Shown: piece after piece, positions 57,099 through 64,000 of the stretch
How the letters are laid out: each line of letters opens with the position of its first letter
Position numbering within the stretch: the first letter of the stretch is position 1
Position numbers and translations under genes: made by a program
Assembly (NCBI GenBank): GCA_964016885.1
Contig: OZ024743.1
Coordinates: 12,958,001-13,022,000, forward strand
From: Eledone cirrhosa
Taxonomy: Eukaryota
Length of the DNA stretch: 64,000 nucleotides
Direction of reading: 5' to 3'
The notes under the pieces: model-generated
Seen by the model: the letters and a program-made list of their open reading frames with translations, nothing else
The model's database searches: none
Told to the model about the DNA's origin: nothing

Positions 57099-58228
57099 TC
57101 TCCTTATAATATATAACCACCAATTTCTCTGTCTGTCTGTCCGACGCGTAGAGAGAGAGTGAAAGAAAGAGACAGACTACAAGAGGGGGATAGCGGGAGG
57201 GAGAGAGAGAGACGCTGGAAGAGGGGAAGGAAAGCTATGTCTTGCTGTCTGCATTACGATACATATATATATACACACACACACTGAGCGCGTCATAATG
57301 ACGTAATGCAGACAGACAGAAATACAGACAGATATTATAAGGGTGCAACGTTATATCTATGTATCTATCTAAAAAGAAAGACTAAGAATTATATAGAGAG
57401 AACGCTAAATCGCCTAATGCGGTCCCTAGGGCATTGAAAATTTGAAATAATTTTTGCTCAAAACACTCACAGGACCATAATTTAGCGATATCTCTCTATA
57501 ATTCTTAGTCTTTCTCTCTTTAGATAGATACATGCATATAACGTCGCGCCCTTATAATATATGTCTGTATGTCTGGCTGTCTGCATTATGTCACTTCCCT
57601 GAGGATGTCTGCCTCTGTGTGTGTGTCTGTGAGTTTGAATCCCTAAAACTCGAGAAGTACCCAACCGATTTATTTCAAACTTTACATGTGTATTACTTAT
57701 GTTTCAGGGAGTGTTATACACATAAACAATTCAACTTTTTGATATCTTAGGGCTTGTATTAGGTGAAAAACTGCGTTTTTTAAGTTTTTAGGATTTTTTT
57801 TGAGGCGTTACGTCAGACCGATTTCCTTGAAATTGTAACTATGTATTAGTCAGTCACTACTTCATACCGTGAGCAAAGAAAATCCAACTTTTTTATGGCC
57901 TAGGACCCGCATTAGGTGAACGACTTCATTTTTTTCAGCTTTTTAGAGCTTTTTGGAGGCGTTACGTCTAGCCGATCTTCCCCAAATTTCAAGGCATATT
58001 ATGCACATAAAAAAATTCATTTTCTTGATCCCCTAGGGCCCGCATTAGGTGAAAACCTGCATTTTTCCTGCTTCATCGAAGAAAATCTTAAAGATTATCC
58101 AGCCATCAGAGTATTCGGTTTATTTTCTTTACATATTGTCCATGCATGCAGTTTTTCCACGATTAGGTCTGTTGGTGGCCCGCCTTCCAAAATACCTTAT
58201 CCTGTGCAACGCCGAGTACCACTGGTAG
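57099..58228 (+). mobile_element. Degenerate non-autonomous Helitron with an internal inverted repeat (57299-57410/57480-57593)
   Basis: TC start followed by (CTGT)n; end cctgtgcaacgccgagtaccactgGTAG resembles the other Helitron ends. Confidence 0.6.
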
Positions 58229-58340
58229 TATACAATATATACATGTATTTATGTATATATATTATACATATATGTATATAAACACTCTAAGTTCTCTTGA
58301 TATATGTAAGAAGGTCGTTAACCATGGGTATATATATATA

Positions 58341-58376
<36 letters not shown>

Positions 58377-59575
58377 GTCACTTCCCTACTAATTTACGGT
58401 ATATAGACCACCCTATCTTTTCCTTCACTGGGTCCACTTGGTCTTCCTGTTACCCCCTTTCGTTCTAGGTACCACCTACCCTAAGTGTTTAATGGAGGAT
58501 ACGTTGTGTGGCACTACAGGTGTGTTGATGTGTTAGTGTTCATTCATGTCCTCTTTTGGTGTCTGTGTGAAATATTCAGCCTTCTCAAAAAACTGTGTCG
58601 TGCTGAGTCTACCTGATCATTACATTGAAGGGTACACATGTCTGTATGTACAATAATCATACTTGCCAGACAATGTGTCTTACTGAATTTCTATGAGAAT
58701 TAGATTCAAGGGTACACACGTCTGCGTATAGAATACTTAGCCTTGTCACACACATTGAGTTATGCTGAATCTCCTTGAGAATTATATTTAAGTGTACACA
58801 TGGTAAATCTCCCTGAGAATTACATCTATGAATTCTAATACACTTGCGCATCAACTCGTTCTTCGAGAAAAATTTGTTTATATATATATATACTTACACA
58901 CACACGCACATACACACACACACATACACACACACACGCGCACACACACACACATATATATATGTGTTTGTGTGTGTGAGTGTCTGTGTGTGTATATATT
59001 TATTTAAGTATAGTATATATAAATGTTTACTTATACGAAGTCGTTTGTAACTATTTGAAAGTGTTTGTAACTATTTCCTCTTGAATAAATGTTTACGAAT
59101 ACTTACTGTATGCTCTTATATACATACACAGAAAGCCCAACACAAGCACAAAAATATACATACGTACACACACATATACGCTACCCACAATAACCATTCC
59201 ACTTCCAGGTTTAGTAATGTGTACTTTTGATGTCATTGTTAAAATGATGAAAACAAATTAAAGTATATACTCATGTATAAATTATATATTTAGAGTAAAC
59301 AGCTATTTTCTTTCTCAGCTTATCAACCTTATAACGTATGTATGGTCAAAGCTTTGAAATATTATTTTAACTATCTATAATAAATCTACGAATCATTCTT
59401 GAATTTTCATTTGATGCAGAGTATACAGTGTAAAATCTCTTAGAACTTTATAAATCATTATAGCCACAGTTAATGGCAGATAATATACTGTCTTACATTT
59501 TCATCTTCTATATCCCCGTTTTTCGCTCTGTCTATCTGTCTGTCTCAACTCTTTTACAACCGAATTTGCTAAAAA

Positions 59576-59806
59576 TATAATTATTAAGGCCAGTTACTAT
59601 AACGGCGCCAAACCAGGTACGTACGTTTCCTTAGCTCTGAGAACCAACTTGTACAACTTGTGTCGATGGAAATAAATCGGAAAATGTTAGTACAACATTT
59701 TTCTGTTTATTTTCATCGGCACAAGTTGAACAAGTTGGTTCTCAGGGCTAAAAAAATGTACATAATTGCTATGGCTCCGTTGTAGTAACCGAACTTAATA
59801 ATTATA
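59576..59806. repeat. Diverged fold-back palindrome
   Basis: ctgagaaccaacttgt.caacttgtg / cacaagttg.acaagttggttctcag; ends tataattattaag / cttaataattata. Confidence 0.75.
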
Positions 59807-59870
59807 TTTAAACTCGCCCTATGAACTTGATTTGGTCCATACGTTGTATATTTTACTTACCTATTGCTAC

Positions 59871-59935
<65 letters not shown>

Positions 59936-60367
59936 GTGTGTGTGTGTGTGTGTATATGTATGTGTGTGTGTATGTATATGTATGTGTGTGTGTGTGTATG
60001 TATATGTGTGCTCACAGACACATAATATTTTATTTAAGTTGAAGTTGAATTCCATTTCCTCACTGAAGAGTACGGTGATGTCAAACTCAAGTCGTGCGAA
60101 AGGAGTTTAAATAAAAAAAAATATTTATTCGATAATATGAAAGAGTACACTCTTCCTCATTTCTTAGAACATTATATATATCTATATATATGTATGTATA
60201 TATATAAATATATATATAGGAAAATGTTTGACCCCGACGGCAGAGCTCAAGCCATTTCGACGGTCAAACATTTTTCTATTACCCACTCTACTACCCTAAG
60301 TATTGAGTACTCTGGTGCGTTATGGTCCTTCTGGTTCCTTACCACACCTCTTTCGTTATATATATAA

Positions 60368-60404
<37 letters not shown>

Positions 60405-60488
60405 TCGTTGACAAATATATCAATATGCCCAGATGGAGCATGCAACTATGCGATGGAGCATGCAACAACTGATATACTCTTGTTTATA

Positions 60489-60535
60489 GGCTCTGATGAT
60501 TCCTGCCATGGTGTATAGATGAAACACTGTTAGCT
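60489..60535 (+). ncRNA. Minimal hammerhead, partly decayed
   Basis: ggct-CTGATGA-ttc...gat-GAAA-cactg-TT-agct. Confidence 0.55.
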
Positions 60536-60576
60536 AATAAAACAATGTATTTCTAAGTACTCTTTGGTTATTCCTC

Positions 60577-60903
<327 letters not shown>

Positions 60904-61499
60904 CACGCACACACACACATATATATAGGTTAAAATGTTGAAAACCTTATGTTATTGTTGGTTCACCAACTTGAGCACTCGATACGTTGGTGCACCCGTT
61001 TAAGTATAGTACGTGGGATATACATGTGGCGTTTTACTAAGGTCGGGCTCCTTCAGAAACAGAGTGTAATATTAATGATAAGTAGGAACGAAGTGTCAGA
61101 GTATTATCATTAAGTTTATTCAAGTGTGATGCACGCTACACGATTGATCAGCTCAAGTTTCGATCTGTATTAATCCGCTCCGACTCTGGAATCAATAGCT
61201 CCTCAGACTCTTGGATTCGTAACTGATTGGCGATATCCGCGTACAGCTTTTGAAAAATTATTTGCTTTTTTAAGGCTGTATGCATGACCATCCAAAGAAT
61301 AATAAGAGAAAGATCTTCGTTCCAAACTCGATGTTGCTGTTTTCTAAAGAAATATCCCATTTTGGATAATCTATTTTCACGTGGTCACCCAGAGAAAGAT
61401 TTGGCGTAATTAAAATACCCAAATATAGGATCGATTTTACATACTTTGAATCATGGCTATCGAATATTTTGTTAGTAGAATATTGGTAAAATGAGTATA

Positions 61500-62350
61500 T
61501 TTTGCTCCTCCTTGGTTAAGTGTTGGTCATTTACATCTCACACAATTATCAAAGCTTTTAAAAGCGTAAACAGCAACAAAACACGGAGCTAAACATAACG
61601 TTATTTAGTATATTGACACGGAAGGATTCAGATTATTCTTCGCCTAACATAACTGCAATTTTTATATCCCCATGAAAGGAAATAACACTTAGTATATATA
61701 TCGGATACCGTATCTTATAGTGTCTAATGCCTTTGTGAAGTTCATAAGAATAATATTCAATACTTAATTTCACTCCTGTACTTTTCTGTGATCTCTTTCA
61801 AAGAGTACATTACATCGATCGTCACTCTGTTCGACCTAAATGCACACTGGGATTCATAGCAATTTGTTTTCTACAAGTTTAGGATAAGACGTGCCAGGAA
61901 TTTAGAAGCAATAGAAAGAAAGAAAATATCAGGATGGTAAACACAAATTATGTTATAGCCTTTGCATTTGAAAAATATCTTTGTTGGAAGCTTTCTTAAA
62001 GTTCTGGGGAAAATATCCAAAGTTTTATGACTCAATTTATTGCTACCATATATATTGACTTCAAGATGTATGTCAGTACATCATATCGAACGTCACAAAA
62101 TCCATTGTAAAAGACAACAGAAGTAATAGTCTATTGTTATTCAGTTTCCCTACATTGCTTAGAAGTATAATTATTGTTAATATTGTTACACAAAGTGATC
62201 AATGCACTATTATTGTTCATTTGTTAGACGTAGACTCCGTTTCTAAATTGATGTTACGTAAAATGTTTTGGCTATCTAATCCAACCTCAATCTTAGGTGG
62301 GCTCATTTACTGTGAGCGTGTTCCCATAACATTTTACGTTATTTGAATGT
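61500..62350 (-). pseudogene. Highly decayed RTE-like RT fragment
   Basis: Minus strand SQCAFRSNRVTIDVMY...EKYR...NFTKALDTI resembles QxGFR...DLTKAFDTV. Confidence 0.55.
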
Positions 62351-62940
62351 ATTTATTACCTTTACTTCATTCTCTTTATCACTTTTCCCATCCTCCCACA
62401 GTCTAGCTTGCTTTCTTACCTTATATATTTCTATTTTATCTTATATTATATAATTTTATTTCATTCTCATATTTCATTCTATTTTTTAGTTCAAATCTTA
62501 CCGAGGAAACTTTGCATTTCATAATTTCGGGGTGGATAAAATCAGTACGGGGGTCGATATAAATGCCTGTCCTGCCTAAATTGCTGGCATTGTGCATAAA
62601 TTTGAAACCATTCTTCCAATATATTTCTTATGGTTTTCATTTATACATCAAATTATGTCCCGGGTAACATGCCATAATAATAATTTCCTAATATGCCAGA
62701 ATATTTAAAAAAAACTTTCATAGCAGTAGCAAAGAAAACTCGAATAAACAAGTTATCAGATGGTCATCTAACTAACCAATAATTAAGACACGGATCTCGG
62801 TTAGTTATACTGCTTTGTAAATACACACATATACATATAAAATACACACACATGAAATAGATGGTAAAATATTAATGTTCTAAATATAAATTATATATAA
62901 AACAAATATTCAGACTTAACCAATATAAACAAAAATGTGT

Positions 62941-63014
<74 letters not shown>

Positions 63015-63068
63015 GTCAGTCCCTCTCTCTCTTTATCTATTTAACTATCTATCTATTTCTCTGTCGGC

Positions 63069-63964
63069 GATCAGTGGAGACTCCACTTCGACATTCTATA
63101 GATGGCTGGTCCGCAGCAAGTGCGACGACACGCTCGGAGAAACTCTAGGCGTAGAGGAGGACGAACTGGCCAGTCTGTTCGGTAGGACCTTCCGCCCGGG
63201 ACCAATGGACAATTTCCAAAAATCCCTGGCTTGGAAGTGCTACCGAGGAGCTCTACCAGTTCGAGACAAGCTCTACAGACATGGGCGCCCGGGCAGGGAC
63301 CATTCGAAAAAGATCTGTCCGAGATGCGTGCGCGACGAGGAAACCGTCGCGCACGCATTTGTACACTGCCCGGGCGTTACCGACCTGTGGGGCTATGTAG
63401 AACGACTATTGTCGCGGGTGGGACCAATCCAGTTGACCACCGAGTCCATTGTCATGATCAAACCGTCACCCTCCTTCAAAAACGAGCGAGAGGCGGTTTT
63501 CCTATGTGTTATGGATATGGTGAAAGAGGTTATATGGTGGACGAGGTTAAAAGGGCTGAGGTCAGATACCTTTCTATCCGGCGAGCAACTGATTCGTTTT
63601 TTCAAATATCATTTTCGAAGAAGAATCAGGATGGAGAGAGAGGTGCTGTACCACAGCAAATTTTATAAAAAGTGGGTGAATGTGGCAAAGATGGCCCGAG
63701 TGGTTGGGCCTTCTCTCTATATAAGCCTGTAGGTTGAGGAAAAAGAGGAAGAGAGGAAGGGAGTACTCACTCTGGTGATCCTGGAGATAAGGGTTGTACA
63801 TTTTTTCGGGGTGTGTACAACTCCTGTGTAACGCCTCCCCCCTATTGGGGATATTAATTGTTATTTGTTATTTTATTAATAGTTTTATTTTCATATACCT
63901 GTATGTAAACTCCCCATTTGTATTTGTCCCCTTCTTTTGTGCCATTTTGGCTAATAAAGAAATT
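63069..63964 (+). mobile_element. 5'-truncated Tx1/L1-like LINE with a 19-bp TSD
   Basis: Homologous to 33370-34290; tatctatttctctgtcggc at 63050-63068 and 63965-63983. Confidence 0.92.
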
Positions 63965-64000
63965 TATCTATTTCTCTGTCGGCCTATGCCGACGACATAA

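Overview
AT-rich, microsatellite-dense animal DNA; the SINE type and (TA)n/(CA)n/(TAG)n/(TATC)n load suggest a cephalopod (Octopus-like) genome, by inference. No host gene is convincingly visible, and almost all track ORFs are microsatellite artefacts. Real coding remnants are retrotransposons: two Naiad-type Penelope-like elements (RT + GIY-YIG; 21749-25851 has only one in-frame stop), two other Penelope fragments, Tx1/L1, RTE and R4-like LINE pieces. Non-coding mobile elements include non-autonomous Helitrons and tRNA-derived SINEs. The dominant signal is about 20 type I hammerhead ribozyme motifs (intact or decayed) from more than 10 sequence families. At least six lie in 430-570 nt units that are terminally redundant or circularly permuted, sit in or beside (TA)n/(CA)n tracts and often end in fold-back palindromes. 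Four families use a U3-A8 (UUGAnAA) core. This looks like a diverse retrozyme/pLTR-derived system mobilised by Penelope-like RT. All structures were folded by eye and need computational confirmation.
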